This document shows, piece by piece, positions 1 to 9,509 of a stretch of DNA of 64,000 bases (positions within the stretch are counted from its first letter, which is position 1; every line of letters begins with the position of its first letter). A program made the position numbers and the translations under genes. The DNA is from a plasmid. Location of the stretch: sequence record NZ_CP120537.1. The stretch is one strand, 5' to 3'. The notes beneath the pieces are model-generated. The model ran no database searches. It had not been told where the DNA came from and saw nothing but the letters and a program-made list of their open reading frames with translations.

Positions 1-410
1 TCCCCGAAGGGTGGCAATCCGATTTTTCATGGTTGTTGTCATGGGAGCAAGCGGATTTAGTCGCATTACTGGCATTTTGTTCCGCGCAAACCCTAAGTGA
101 AGTGAACCATCATGCTCCGCACGATAACACGTTAGCTAAAGCCTTGCGTCCAATTGAACAGGTGATTGCTTTTGATTTTCGCCAGTGGTGGCAGCCAACC
201 AAAGCCAACTTCTTTGGGCGTATAAGTAAAGACCAAATCAGCGATTGTTTAGCCGAGGCTGGCGCATCAGATAAAGCCCTTGAAGCCGTCAAAATGAAAA
301 AAGGGGATGCCGCTGAGTTAGCTGAAAATACCCTTAAAGAGTCGCATTGGTTGCCGAGCTGTTTTCTCGATGCAAACGCTGACTCTCACCACACCGATAA
401 CGCGCAATAA
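1..410 (+). CDS. 3' part of a leading-region protein of unknown function; the ORF is open to the window edge (no in-frame stop upstream, listed start is TTG)
   Basis: Frame is open from position 3 and the stop is at 408-410. It lies immediately upstream of the psiA-like gene. No recognisable motif. Confidence 0.35.
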   Translation, partial: PEGWQSDFSWLLSWEQADLVALLAFCSAQTLSEVNHHAPHDNTLAKALRPIEQVIAFDFRQWWQPTKANFFGRISKDQISDCLAEAGASDKALEAVKMKKGDAAELAENTLKESHWLPSCFLDANADSHHTDNAQ

Positions 411-451
411 TCAACATGGAGACACTGCCCGAAAGGGCAGTGTGAATAATC

Positions 452-1174
452 ATGACAACTATTCCAAACCATTTAGCCCTTGTGCCTTTTAATGACCGTC
501 AATATGCCGCTGCAAAAGCCATCCTTTTTGTCGAAGATAAAATGCAAAAAGGGCAATACCAAAAACGATTTCCCTATGCGAGCGCGTTAATTCGCATTTT
601 TACGGGGAATAAAGGGTCAATAACCGCAAAAGATTTGCACTATACATTGGTGTTATCTTTCGATGATAAACGTGAAATGCCGTCAAAAAATCGCTATCTT
701 GCCGCCCTTGATACGTTTATTCAGTCTCGTGGTTATATTTGTCCGTTGCCGTTATGTGATCATCATGTGCGAGATTTTTTTCCTGAGCTGGATTACCGCG
801 ACCGTGAACGGCAGGGGCGTAAAATTCAGTCTCAAGTCCAAGTTGTGAGCCGTGCCCGACAAAAAGCCCAAATAAAAGCGCAGCAACAGTATCAAAATCG
901 ATTAGCTCAAGCTGAAATTGAGTTAGCCTTTATTACCCCCAGTGAGTTTAAATCGTGGTACAACCGGTTTAATCATGATGGGATTGAAGAGTATGATTTG
1001 ATTGAATTGCTTGTAAACTGGACGACGCGATTTAACAATTTAAACTTGCGAAAATACCTTGATTTTGCCCCGTTGTGGTCGGCGCTCTTGGATTTCAATG
1101 ACGATATCGATACCCGATCATACGGTGAGCAATTACTGGATAATTATGCCATTCCCAATAAATTAATCGGTTAA
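452..1174 (+). CDS. psiA: PsiA-like plasmid SOS-inhibition protein
   Basis: 240 aa, the same size as F PsiA. N-terminal LALVPFNDRQYAAAKAI resembles F PsiA ALVPLSAEQQAAMRAV. Leading-region position. Confidence 0.55.
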   Translation: MTTIPNHLALVPFNDRQYAAAKAILFVEDKMQKGQYQKRFPYASALIRIFTGNKGSITAKDLHYTLVLSFDDKREMPSKNRYLAALDTFIQSRGYICPLPLCDHHVRDFFPELDYRDRERQGRKIQSQVQVVSRARQKAQIKAQQQYQNRLAQAEIELAFITPSEFKSWYNRFNHDGIEEYDLIELLVNWTTRFNNLNLRKYLDFAPLWSALLDFNDDIDTRSYGEQLLDNYAIPNKLIG

Positions 1175-1178
1175 AAGG

Positions 1179-1454
1179 GTGTTGACGATGAATGAATGGA
1201 ATGTGGTTTTACTCGAAACTGAAGACAGTTTGGTGCTAATGATGCGCGGTGAGCACACAAAAGAAACGGTCGTTAATTCAGCAATTGCCGCGAATGAAAT
1301 TTCACAGAGTGACCGCGAAACGTGGTTAGCCTGTGAAGATATCAACGTGGGCTATTACAAGGCGGTGCCTAGAGAAGGGTATGCCACCTATTATTATCCT
1401 GTCAGTCAGGACGTTAAAGGGGCGTTTTTAGCAACCAGTCTTGTGCTATTTTAA
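1179..1454 (+). CDS. hypothetical leading-region protein
   Basis: 91-aa ORF directly after psiA on the same strand. Confidence 0.3.
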   Translation: MLTMNEWNVVLLETEDSLVLMMRGEHTKETVVNSAIAANEISQSDRETWLACEDINVGYYKAVPREGYATYYYPVSQDVKGAFLATSLVLF

Positions 1455-1889
1455 GGTTGAGAGCCAATTAGTGAGTTGATGATGCAATTAAAAAGCAAAC
1501 AAACACAATGTGTTCATTGTTATTACAATGGCACCTTTTTATCTGCTGCATAATACTTCGGGTCAGGTGGGTGTTAATGATGCCTTTAATGGCGAGATGA
1601 CGGATAACAGTACACAGTTGGATGGTATGCGATTAACCTCCCTGAAAACTGTCTATTGTGGGGAGTGTCATCGACCTTTATGAACCGTTGAAGAACGAAA
1701 GCAATAAAGGGCTGTTCGGGTAAACCCGAACAGCCCTTTATCTCTCAAAAAACGAGGATAACCCGCTAGTCTTTGCGTTTGAGATCCGTGGGGTTTGTTA
1801 AAAAAAATGAGATTTTACTGAGGTTGCGATTGCGTATCGTTATTTTTATTTGTAAAAACAATGAGATGAAGATTTTTGACAAAAATTTA

Positions 1890-2350
1890 AATCAAAATTC
1901 ATTTATCAAAAAAATACAATAACCCCTTATGGGTTCCTACGGCAGCTCGACTTCTTCGAGCTGTCGCCTACACTTCAACGCCATTCGTAAAACGAATGGG
2001 TTTCCGCAGAGCCGCAAGCGTCTCTGTCCTTCGGATAGCAAGCGAAACCTAACTGCACGGCATTTCGTGCTTCGCACGGCCGTTAAAGACGCCACGCGTT
2101 GCGTGTCGGCCGATTGCCTCCTCACCCGACGGTTATTTTCTTACTATCAGCCCATTCGCTAGGGCTATTGATTACGCCCTTAAGCTCAAGAACTTGCAAG
2201 GGTTCGCTTCGCCGCGTTGCGCCCCTGCAAAACCTTTCCCTTGAGGGCTTCATCGCCCTTGCCGCGACTGAACTGACAGTAAGATGAATTAACACTTTCA
2301 AAGAGAACTACGAGGCCATCGGTAAACGTCAACACCGCCACGCCAAAACC
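1890..2350. promoter_or_regulatory. GC-rich, hairpin-dense noncoding island; candidate single-strand promoter (Frpo-like) or primosome site, or a structured RNA
   Basis: GC content clearly above the flanks. Multiple perfect hairpins (cagctcga-cttct-tcgagctg; ccattcgt-aaa-acgaatgg; gccgcaag motifs). Only short overlapping ORFs on both strands. Confidence 0.3.
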
Positions 2351-2392
2351 TCCAGAAAGATGAGTTAAAAGCCAAAAACAAGGAGTATCAAC

Positions 2393-2644
2393 ATGAATTA
2401 TCAAATTTTTATTGCGGAAACCCATAAGAAAAATGTGACAGGGCAAACGGATGACGTTTATCACTTCAATTCCATTGCTGAATTCTTCACTTTTCTGAAA
2501 AAAACGAAATTCGCGGAAAAAATGAACATGAATTACCAATATGCCTTAACCGATGGAACAAAAAACACCGATTTAACTTACCGCGAAATTGAAAGCGCCA
2601 ACCACCTTAAACCGTTTAAAAAACAGGTTCGCCAATACCGTTAA
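2393..2644 (+). CDS. hypothetical small leading-region protein
   Basis: 83 aa, with AAGGAG ribosome-binding site 8 nt upstream. Confidence 0.35.
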   Translation: MNYQIFIAETHKKNVTGQTDDVYHFNSIAEFFTFLKKTKFAEKMNMNYQYALTDGTKNTDLTYREIESANHLKPFKKQVRQYR

Positions 2645-2743
2645 AGCGACCTATTGAATAGCGCGAAATCGTAACGCGCTATTCAATATCGAGCCAGTTC
2701 GATATTGAACCAACCACTAAATCATAAAAGGAGAAACAGTATG

Positions 2744-3079
2744 TATCACGCATTAGAGCAGTACGAAACAGACAGTTACCAAGAAACCCAAAGCGCGGAA
2801 ATGATGTATTGGATAGGACGTGAACAAGCGGCTAAAACTGCCCCGACAGAAATCACCTTAATGCAATTTATGGATGCATTATCCGTTATGCCCCCGTTGG
2901 ATTGGCAAGGCAATAACAATACTGAGTCCTTTAAATTGCAAGAGATGTTTTTGGGGAACGTGACTGACATTTTTGTCAAAGTGGACGGGCGCTATTTCAC
3001 GTTTAGGGATGTATCAACGTTATCTCACGCGCAAATTATTTCGCGTGTGCGTTGTGCTGGATTACTAGCGCAACAATGA
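2744..3079 (+). CDS. hypothetical small leading-region protein (start refined to the Met after the AAGGAG site)
   Basis: ORF 2705-3079; the internal ATG at 2744 is preceded by aaaggag. Confidence 0.35.
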   Translation, partial: YHALEQYETDSYQETQSAEMMYWIGREQAAKTAPTEITLMQFMDALSVMPPLDWQGNNNTESFKLQEMFLGNVTDIFVKVDGRYFTFRDVSTLSHAQIISRVRCAGLLAQQ

Positions 3080-3169
3080 AAAAAGCAGGCTTGCGCCTGC
3101 TTAATCCGTGCCTTGAGCGACTTTAGCGTAGGAACTCAAGGTATTCACCCAATCAAAGGAGTAAATCCG

Positions 3170-3412
3170 ATGAATACAAATATCATGGCATACGCTGCCA
3201 ACCCTGTAAAGCCCCAAATGCCCGTTGCGTCAAAACGTCGGGTCATGCGTCACGATATCGCGATTAGTGATATTGAGCCTACCTATCGGGCAATGGCGCG
3301 ACATATCGACAAACAGCTTAAACGCAAACAGCCCGTTCGCATCCCTGCAATGAATAACCATTGTTTGGGGCAACTCTTGCGCTGTTTGGAACTGCGTAAA
3401 TCGTGGATTTAA
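3170..3412 (+). CDS. hypothetical small leading-region protein
   Basis: ORF 3113-3412; ATG at 3170 is preceded by aaaggag. Confidence 0.3.
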   Translation: MNTNIMAYAANPVKPQMPVASKRRVMRHDIAISDIEPTYRAMARHIDKQLKRKQPVRIPAMNNHCLGQLLRCLELRKSWI

Positions 3413-3456
3413 GTTAACTCACTGCCCCTTTTCAGGGGCAGTTTTGGAGCGTCGAT

Positions 3457-4263
3457 ATGTCACAATTGAGTTTTTTTGATGTAGATTTAAGCCAACCTGT
3501 AAAAACCCCCAGTCCTATCATTTCAGGCTCACCCAATAAGATAGACACAAAGACAGACAAAACAGTCGAAAAAGCAACCCTAACAACTAGCACCAAGTCA
3601 AAGCGAGATTTTCACACCGAGTTTATTCAATTGTTTAATCAAACGGCACGTTATCACAGTCGCTTAGACGTGTTTCGGGATTTTATTCATGTTGCCGCGA
3701 TTTCATTAGAAAACAGCGTGAAACAGTGTCCTGAGTTGGAGCAAACTTACTTTAACGTGATTGCGCGTTATGAAAGAGCCGATTTAGATGTGTTCGCCAA
3801 ATTAATGGCAATTTGTGTTAATGCCTTAGACCAGCAAGCCACCGATTTTTTAGGGGCGGTGTTTATGTCCCTTGAGTTAGGCGAAGGGGCATGGGGGCAA
3901 TTTTTTACCCCATTTCATATCAGCCAGCTAATGGCAAATCTTATCATCGGTGATTGCAGCACTATAATTGAAAAAAATGGCTATATCAGCGTGTCCGAGC
4001 CAACGTGCGGGGCGGGCGGAATGGTGATTGCCTGTGCCAATTCTGTGTTACAACAAGGTTACAACCCACAAATGCAAATGATCGCAGTGTGTACCGATAT
4101 TGATGAGGTTGCCGCCCGAATGTGCTACGTCCAATTGGCATTATTGGGAATCCCTGCCATTGTGAATATTGGTAACAGTTTAACGCTGGACGTTCGTCAA
4201 ACGCTATATACCCCGATGTTAATGTTAAATTCATTTCGCTTTAAATCCTTTTTAACAGCCTAA
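3457..4263 (+). CDS. HsdM-like N6-adenine methyltransferase homologue lacking the catalytic NPPF/DPPY motif (truncated or decoy form)
   Basis: GQFFTP followed by EPTCGAGGM (AdoMet motif I) in the HsdM order. No (N/D)PP(Y/F/W) anywhere. The ORF ends at a strong terminator. Confidence 0.5.
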   Translation: MSQLSFFDVDLSQPVKTPSPIISGSPNKIDTKTDKTVEKATLTTSTKSKRDFHTEFIQLFNQTARYHSRLDVFRDFIHVAAISLENSVKQCPELEQTYFNVIARYERADLDVFAKLMAICVNALDQQATDFLGAVFMSLELGEGAWGQFFTPFHISQLMANLIIGDCSTIIEKNGYISVSEPTCGAGGMVIACANSVLQQGYNPQMQMIAVCTDIDEVAARMCYVQLALLGIPAIVNIGNSLTLDVRQTLYTPMLMLNSFRFKSFLTA

Positions 4264-4276
4264 TTCACGTTATTTC

Positions 4277-4300
4277 AAGGGGATTTATTCCCCTTTTTTG
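4277..4300 (+). terminator. rho-independent terminator after the methyltransferase-like gene
   Basis: gggga-N5-tcccc hairpin followed by a run of six T. Confidence 0.45.
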
Positions 4301-4725
4301 CGCATCGGCTTAATCCTGGCATCGAGCCAGGCTCAATCCGACAACGTCAACCCCTGCGCCTTTTTACGCTGACGCGTGGCGCAAAGGACAGGGATGCAAG
4401 CTCCCTGCGGGAGCTGCCCCTGATAAACCGCTTAACGTTGTTAAGCTCAAAGGACGCCTTGCGGTTCGATTCTCTCGCCGCAAGTCGGGTTGTGTCATTT
4501 TCAGCTACTGTGTTGTTAATCTTTCGCCAAGCCCCTCCGCTCGGGCTTAAACATAGACTCAACTCGTCATCCAGCAAGCGTAAAGTGCACTCCAGCAAAA
4601 TTCTTGTCGCTGCGCTTTCCAACAATTTTGCTTCCGCCCTTGCTTCCTTCCTCGTTTCGACTATGTACGGCCTTTGCAGCGAAGGAACTCAACGAAAGAA
4701 ATCATTAACCCAAAGGAGACACTAA
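4300..4725. promoter_or_regulatory. second GC-rich hairpin-dense noncoding island (candidate ssDNA promoter / ssi / structured RNA)
   Basis: Hairpins gctccctgcgggagc, cttgcgg-N13-ccgcaag and gcccctccgctcgggc. Only overlapping short ORFs. Sits just upstream of the ArdB-like gene, which has a strong AGGAG site. Confidence 0.3.
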
Positions 4726-4726
4726 A

Positions 4727-5206
4727 ATGACTCAACAACAAAACCTTGCAGCTCAAGAATCTAACGAAAGAAATGGAAAAGACCAAATCGTTATCACGAC
4801 AATTGAGGTGAAGAATGCTCAAGCTCGTTTAAAATTTTTACCTTCAAAATTAGGGCGGTACTGTATTGCCTTTGAAAATGCAATCTATAACTGGATGACT
4901 CGGAACGCCGTAGCCTATAACGGCGGTTATTGGGATTTTTATACGTTGTCGAATGGCGGTTTTTATCTGCAACCGACAAAAGGCTATATGCTCACTTCAC
5001 CGAATGGATTTATGGACGATGTAAGTGCTCAAGAAGCAGGAATTATTGTCACTTTAATGATGTTAAGTCATTTTTCATTTGTGACCTATGAAAAAGAGCA
5101 TCACGAAGATTGTGAGCGTATTTCTGCTTATTTTCATCAATTACGGGATTTTATTTTCACATTATCCCCTGAATCACAAACCAAAATATTAAACGCCATT
5201 GATTAA
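4727..5206 (+). CDS. ArdB/KlcA-like antirestriction protein candidate
   Basis: 159 aa. The segment GGFYLQPTKGYMLTSPNGF...SAQEAGIIVTLMMLSHFSF resembles the KlcA/ArdB core (NGFYM...LSPE...ADAFGIAATMY). Leading-region context. Confidence 0.4.
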   Translation: MTQQQNLAAQESNERNGKDQIVITTIEVKNAQARLKFLPSKLGRYCIAFENAIYNWMTRNAVAYNGGYWDFYTLSNGGFYLQPTKGYMLTSPNGFMDDVSAQEAGIIVTLMMLSHFSFVTYEKEHHEDCERISAYFHQLRDFIFTLSPESQTKILNAID

Positions 5207-5276
5207 GTCTATCACGCGCAAGTCTTAGGCTTGCGCTTAATTGAACACCATCAATCAATAAATCAGAAAAAGGTAA

Positions 5277-6149
5277 ATGAATATGGAACAGCAAACATTA
5301 TTATCGGTTGGTCAAGTGGTTTACACTAATTTATATAATCTCGGCAAGGGGGTTATTGTTAATATTCATGGCGAGCAAAAACCACAAAGTATAAAGAATA
5401 TGTATAATGTTATGGTCACAGGGGGCAATGCGGAATTTGATATCGTATTCTTTAATGGGAATAAATCAAATCGTTTACCGGAAAGTATTTTCCACGGCGT
5501 ACAATGGAAAATTGAAAATGAAACGGTTGAACAAGAAACCATTAAATCATTAATTGAAAAAGCTGAGGCACATGAACAAGCAGAAAAAGCCGAAGAAGAA
5601 CGAAAGATAAATGAATTTAAACAAGGTGTCGAATTCCAAAAAAACAACACAGAATATTCACACTTAACACAGATAACCTCTAATTCAGATAAGAAAGTCA
5701 AAATAGTCGGTAAAAATATCCGTGCTGAGTTAAAAAAACATTTTCCAAAAACAAAATTTTCAGTACGTAAACAGTATTACAGTTCTTATCATGTAAATTG
5801 GACAGATGGTCCGACAGTGGAGGAAGTCGAATCTATAATCAATAAATATGAAACATCGCGTTTTGATAGTTATACCGATTATCATTATAGTGAAACATCA
5901 CCTTTTAACGTAGTTTATGGTGGTGCTGATTATGTTTTTACACATCGGGATTACAGTGATGAAATAATCGCATTGGCTATCAAATCATTGATTGATAAAT
6001 ATGGCGAGTCTTATGAGTTTGATACCGCGCTAATGACGGTTGAAAATTATCATCAAGGAATATTATACAAAATAGGACGAGAACAAATTATTGGGAATGA
6101 TGGGATAGGTGGAGAAATTGGTCGAGTATTAAGAAAAAACAGTTATTAA
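5277..6149 (+). CDS. hypothetical 290-aa protein, AT-rich (probable acquired leading-region cargo)
   Basis: Long clean ORF with a coiled-coil-like KAEEERK stretch and a Tyr/Asp-rich C-terminal domain. No motif recognised. Confidence 0.4.
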   Translation: MNMEQQTLLSVGQVVYTNLYNLGKGVIVNIHGEQKPQSIKNMYNVMVTGGNAEFDIVFFNGNKSNRLPESIFHGVQWKIENETVEQETIKSLIEKAEAHEQAEKAEEERKINEFKQGVEFQKNNTEYSHLTQITSNSDKKVKIVGKNIRAELKKHFPKTKFSVRKQYYSSYHVNWTDGPTVEEVESIINKYETSRFDSYTDYHYSETSPFNVVYGGADYVFTHRDYSDEIIALAIKSLIDKYGESYEFDTALMTVENYHQGILYKIGREQIIGNDGIGGEIGRVLRKNSY

Positions 6150-6256
6150 AGAAAGCGCGCCTAAAGGCGCGTTTCTCGTTTTAATACTAAACCACATGCA
6201 TTACTTAATATTAAACGTGATTATAGCGTTAAAAATAGAAAGTAAAAGGAGTAAGT

Positions 6257-6703
6257 TTAGTTATTTTTTTTAATGTTAAGATAAATGTGATAGACCTCAA
6301 GCGCATATTGATTTCTTTTTTGTTCTTGAGCCTCGGATTTTTTTAACCCTGCATTATAAGCCCCCACACCTTTCCAAATATCCCCTTGTATGCGAATAAA
6401 TTTCGCGAGATAAAATGCACCCGTATAAATATTCATGCATGGGTCTTGCCTTAAATGATTTTCTGTAATGCCATACTGGGCTAATTCATTAAAATTTTGT
6501 GAATGAATTTGCATTAATCCAATCGCGTATCGTGTCGATGATGCTTGATTAATTGCATTCGGTTGGAATGAACTTTCACGAAAGGCAACCGCGCGTAATA
6601 AATCAGGGTCAATTTGATAATCTTTTCCTGCTTTATCATAGCAATCAAACGAAAATGAAAAAGGTGAGAAAATTAACGCAATGAGAATACAGATCATTCG
6701 CAT
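6257..6703 (-). CDS. lytic transglycosylase (SLT domain), F orf169/gene X analogue
   Basis: Signal peptide. AFRESSF (catalytic Glu-Ser) and GLMQI motifs. Adjacent to oriT as in F-like plasmids. Confidence 0.7.
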   Translation of the reverse strand: MRMICILIALIFSPFSFSFDCYDKAGKDYQIDPDLLRAVAFRESSFQPNAINQASSTRYAIGLMQIHSQNFNELAQYGITENHLRQDPCMNIYTGAFYLAKFIRIQGDIWKGVGAYNAGLKKSEAQEQKRNQYALEVYHIYLNIKKNN

Positions 6704-6899
6704 ATAAACCCCATAAAATAATAAATACGCTTAACTCAGAATCGCCCATTTTAATTAAAAAATAAAGCACCATTTAAATGCAAGCCAAAAGAAAGGAGGA
6801 GCAATAAATACGCTCCTCTGAAAGAAAGACATCACACCCCACGCAAAATTTCATTTTGCAAGAATTTATCATTAAATCAGGGTGTTAATTAAAAATAAA

Positions 6900-7176
6900 G
6901 CGGTGAAAATTTTAAAAATCTTAGTGTTAAGCCCATTACTAGCCCACCAATAGCGTCTATATGTGGGCTAAATAGATGCACTCTGTGTGTATTGCTAATA
7001 ATATCAAATATATACAATTTTTCACTAAAATTAGTGGGCTAATGGTGGTCTATTGTAATATACTGTTTATATGTCATTTATTTTTCATGATTGTATTTGG
7101 TGGGCTATTTGTGGGCTGTGTGTTAATTGACCGTAGCCCACAAATAGAGGCTAGTAAAAACTAAGGAAATAAAAGA
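6900..7176. promoter_or_regulatory. candidate oriT / TraM-TraY binding region
   Basis: AT-rich. At least 5 copies of GTGGGCT(A) in both orientations, including the inverted pair ctatttgtgggct / agcccacaaatag. Immediately upstream of traM. Confidence 0.35.
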
Positions 7177-7554
7177 ATGCCACGTCAACATATATATATG
7201 AAGCAAAAAACGTTAGATGGAATTCGTAATATTGTGGATAAACGAAAAAACGATGGTGCTGATGCAAACATTTCCAGTGTTGGCTCTGAATTACTGGATA
7301 TTGGATTGCGCGTTGTTGAGAACTTAGAAAAAGACAAAGAAGGGGATGATGGTTTATCTTTAGAGGAGCGTTATAAAAAACAATTATTGGAAGAGGTGAC
7401 TAAATCACGTCAATGTATTCAAATTTTATTCAAAATGATGTTTGATTTAGAAGAAATAAAAAATGATAATCGATATAACTATCGAGAATATATTGAAGAT
7501 TTTAAAAACAGAACTCAATCAATATTAGATGAGTATTTTCCTGATAGCAATTAA
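7177..7554 (+). CDS. traM: TraM relaxosome accessory protein
   Basis: 125 aa, the same size as F TraM. LDIGLRV matches F LELGLRV. C-terminal YFPDSN matches F FFPKNDDE. Confidence 0.7.
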   Translation: MPRQHIYMKQKTLDGIRNIVDKRKNDGADANISSVGSELLDIGLRVVENLEKDKEGDDGLSLEERYKKQLLEEVTKSRQCIQILFKMMFDLEEIKNDNRYNYREYIEDFKNRTQSILDEYFPDSN

Positions 7555-7699
7555 AAAATGGTAATGTAAGAGCGAATATAAGGATAACTTAAAATAGCTT
7601 ATTTACATTACGTGAATCTAATCAAATAGCGAGTAAAATAGGATATATTTTTATTAAAATAAAAATATATTAATTGATTTAATTATTACTAACATGGTA

Positions 7700-7790
7700 T
7701 ATTTAGAATAAATAGAATCACCCAATAATCGAGTTACAGCTCGATTATTGGGCTAATCAAATAACCCCACAGTTAAGGACGGTTAAATGA
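7700..7790 (-). ncRNA. finP: candidate FinP-like antisense RNA over the traJ leader
   Basis: Perfect 13-bp stem (cccaataatcgag / ctcgattattggg, 7721-7752) ends 30 nt before the traJ ATG and overlaps its ribosome-binding site region. FinO is encoded in the window. Confidence 0.3.
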
Positions 7791-8539
7791 CTACCTTCAA
7801 TAATATTGATCCGCAATGTGGATCTCAAGTGATTTTTGATATCATTTATCAATTTAATGATAAACGTCTCTTTTATATCCGTAATAGCCAACATGATATC
7901 ACTCATGTCAGTGATGATTTCTGTCAGATGGTTAATATTCCATCAAAATCACCTCTTCTTTTGAAAAACTTTCCCAAATTAAAAAAATTAGAGGCTTTGG
8001 AGAAACAAGTGATCACTAACAAAAACAGCAAATCACTTTTTTTCGCCTATAAGCTTAAATCTGAATTTTATTATCTTTTTTATGTTCATATTAAATGTAT
8101 ATCATTTAATGATAAAAACTACACAATAACAACTTTCAGCAAGTTTAGTGATTTCTTTAGCCATGAAACTATTTTTAACACAATTAATATTGCTGATGGT
8201 TTTTTTGTTGATGATGGTTTCCCAATTGACAATTATAATAATATTAATCCTGTTTCTTTAACTGTGAATAATGAAACAAAGAAAGAAGAGAGAATATCTT
8301 GGCATATTATTTGGCTTTTTTTAACAGGAAAGTCTATTAGATGGATTGCCGAGTTTAGCCATTTAAATAAAAAACAAGTTGAAAACTCATTAAATAAATA
8401 TTACACCAATTCAGGAGTTTTAAATCAAAAAAATTTGCGAGCAATAGCCAGGAAATATGGATGGTGTAATTATATTGATAAAAATACGGTAGAACTTATT
8501 AATTTTCGCTTAAGTGAAGATGGAAAGATTTTAATATAG
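7787..8539 (+). CDS. traJ: TraJ-like transfer activator (positional)
   Basis: 250 aa, very AT-rich, between traM and traY. C-terminal helix-turn-helix-like segment. Confidence 0.4.
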   Translation: MTTFNNIDPQCGSQVIFDIIYQFNDKRLFYIRNSQHDITHVSDDFCQMVNIPSKSPLLLKNFPKLKKLEALEKQVITNKNSKSLFFAYKLKSEFYYLFYVHIKCISFNDKNYTITTFSKFSDFFSHETIFNTINIADGFFVDDGFPIDNYNNINPVSLTVNNETKKEERISWHIIWLFLTGKSIRWIAEFSHLNKKQVENSLNKYYTNSGVLNQKNLRAIARKYGWCNYIDKNTVELINFRLSEDGKILI

Positions 8540-8698
8540 AAAAAGTTAGATTTAAATATTTTATTTTTAATTATTTATGGTTTTATATGCTTTTTAGGGG
8601 TGTTTTTGTGAATATCATCACAATCACCCCCCTTTATTTGGGACAGCTGTCCCAAGACATTGATTTTTATTTGTGTAATATAAATTCAGTCCAAAGGG

Positions 8699-8893
8699 AT
8701 GGGTAAGGATATGAATGCAAACAAACATAAAAAGATTAGTGTTGATATTAGTTTAGTAACAGAAGAATGGTTAGTTAAAGCAATTGAATTATCTGGAAGA
8801 ACTAAAAAAGAAGAAATTAGGATACGTCTTGCTCATAGCTTAAAAAACATTGAAAAAATAGATGATAATTATTGGGAAATAATCTCAGCCTAA
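8699..8893 (+). CDS. traY: TraY-like ribbon-helix-helix protein (positional)
   Basis: 64 aa, basic, immediately upstream of the pilin gene. Confidence 0.35.
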   Translation: MGKDMNANKHKKISVDISLVTEEWLVKAIELSGRTKKEEIRIRLAHSLKNIEKIDDNYWEIISA

Positions 8894-9125
8894 TTTTTTT
8901 TGATTATATAAACTGTTAAATAAAAAGACAGCGGGAAGACTTTGCCATTAAAAATGGATTTGTCGGGCTGGGGCGGTAGCGCATTTAAATTAAATGAATT
9001 TTTATCTCGCTTTATTTCTTTGAGATTAACGAAGGAATAAAGCGAGCTAAAAGCTCAGAAGTTATTCGAAACTCTTTAGGAGTTTATTTTGAAAATACTG
9101 AAATATCTATTAACAAGGAAAACGT

Positions 9126-9494
9126 ATGAGTCAAATTGCTATTGAATCACCGGTAACAAAAAGAAAAGGTATTTTTGCACGAGCTTGGAATTCACTGAAT
9201 TCTAAAGTCGCTAAATCGCTGTATAAATATGTTGCTTCACCATTACTCTTATGGATGGCCGCACGTGGCTTCGCACAAGCCGCCGATTTAGCGGCCGCAG
9301 GGGCAGAGGATGCAGGCGATACCTTCGGTGAAGGGTCATCGGTGATGTACTACATCATGATCGGTGAAGCGGTGTTGGTATTCTTAGCCTTTATGCGAGC
9401 ACAAAACCCCGCGTTACTCCTGCTCATTCCTGTTTTCATTGTGGGAACTAAAATCGTCTTTGGTTTAATCGAAGCACCATCAACAGGCGGTTAA
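9126..9494 (+). CDS. traA: F-type propilin TraA
   Basis: 122 aa with a long leader and a hydrophobic C-terminal pilin domain. Gene order traY-traA-traL. Confidence 0.6.
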   Translation: MSQIAIESPVTKRKGIFARAWNSLNSKVAKSLYKYVASPLLLWMAARGFAQAADLAAAGAEDAGDTFGEGSSVMYYIMIGEAVLVFLAFMRAQNPALLLLIPVFIVGTKIVFGLIEAPSTGG

Positions 9495-9509
9495 TGGATT
9501 AGGAGTTGG

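Noticed and set aside
33-410. Listed Met start at 33 for the first ORF
   Set aside because: The codon at 33 is TTG, and the frame is open back to the window edge. It is treated as the 3' part of a gene that begins upstream.
1929-2287. ORFs 1929-2162, 1937-2125 and 2099-2287
   Set aside because: They overlap each other on both strands inside a hairpin-rich GC island and lack ribosome-binding sites. They are more likely structural DNA/RNA than coding.
4347-4725. ORFs 4347-4625 (-) and 4438-4725 (+)
   Set aside because: Same situation in the second hairpin island.
6976-7164. ORF 6976-7164 in the oriT region
   Set aside because: AT-rich repeat-laden DNA upstream of traM; the ORF spans the repeated GTGGGCT motifs.
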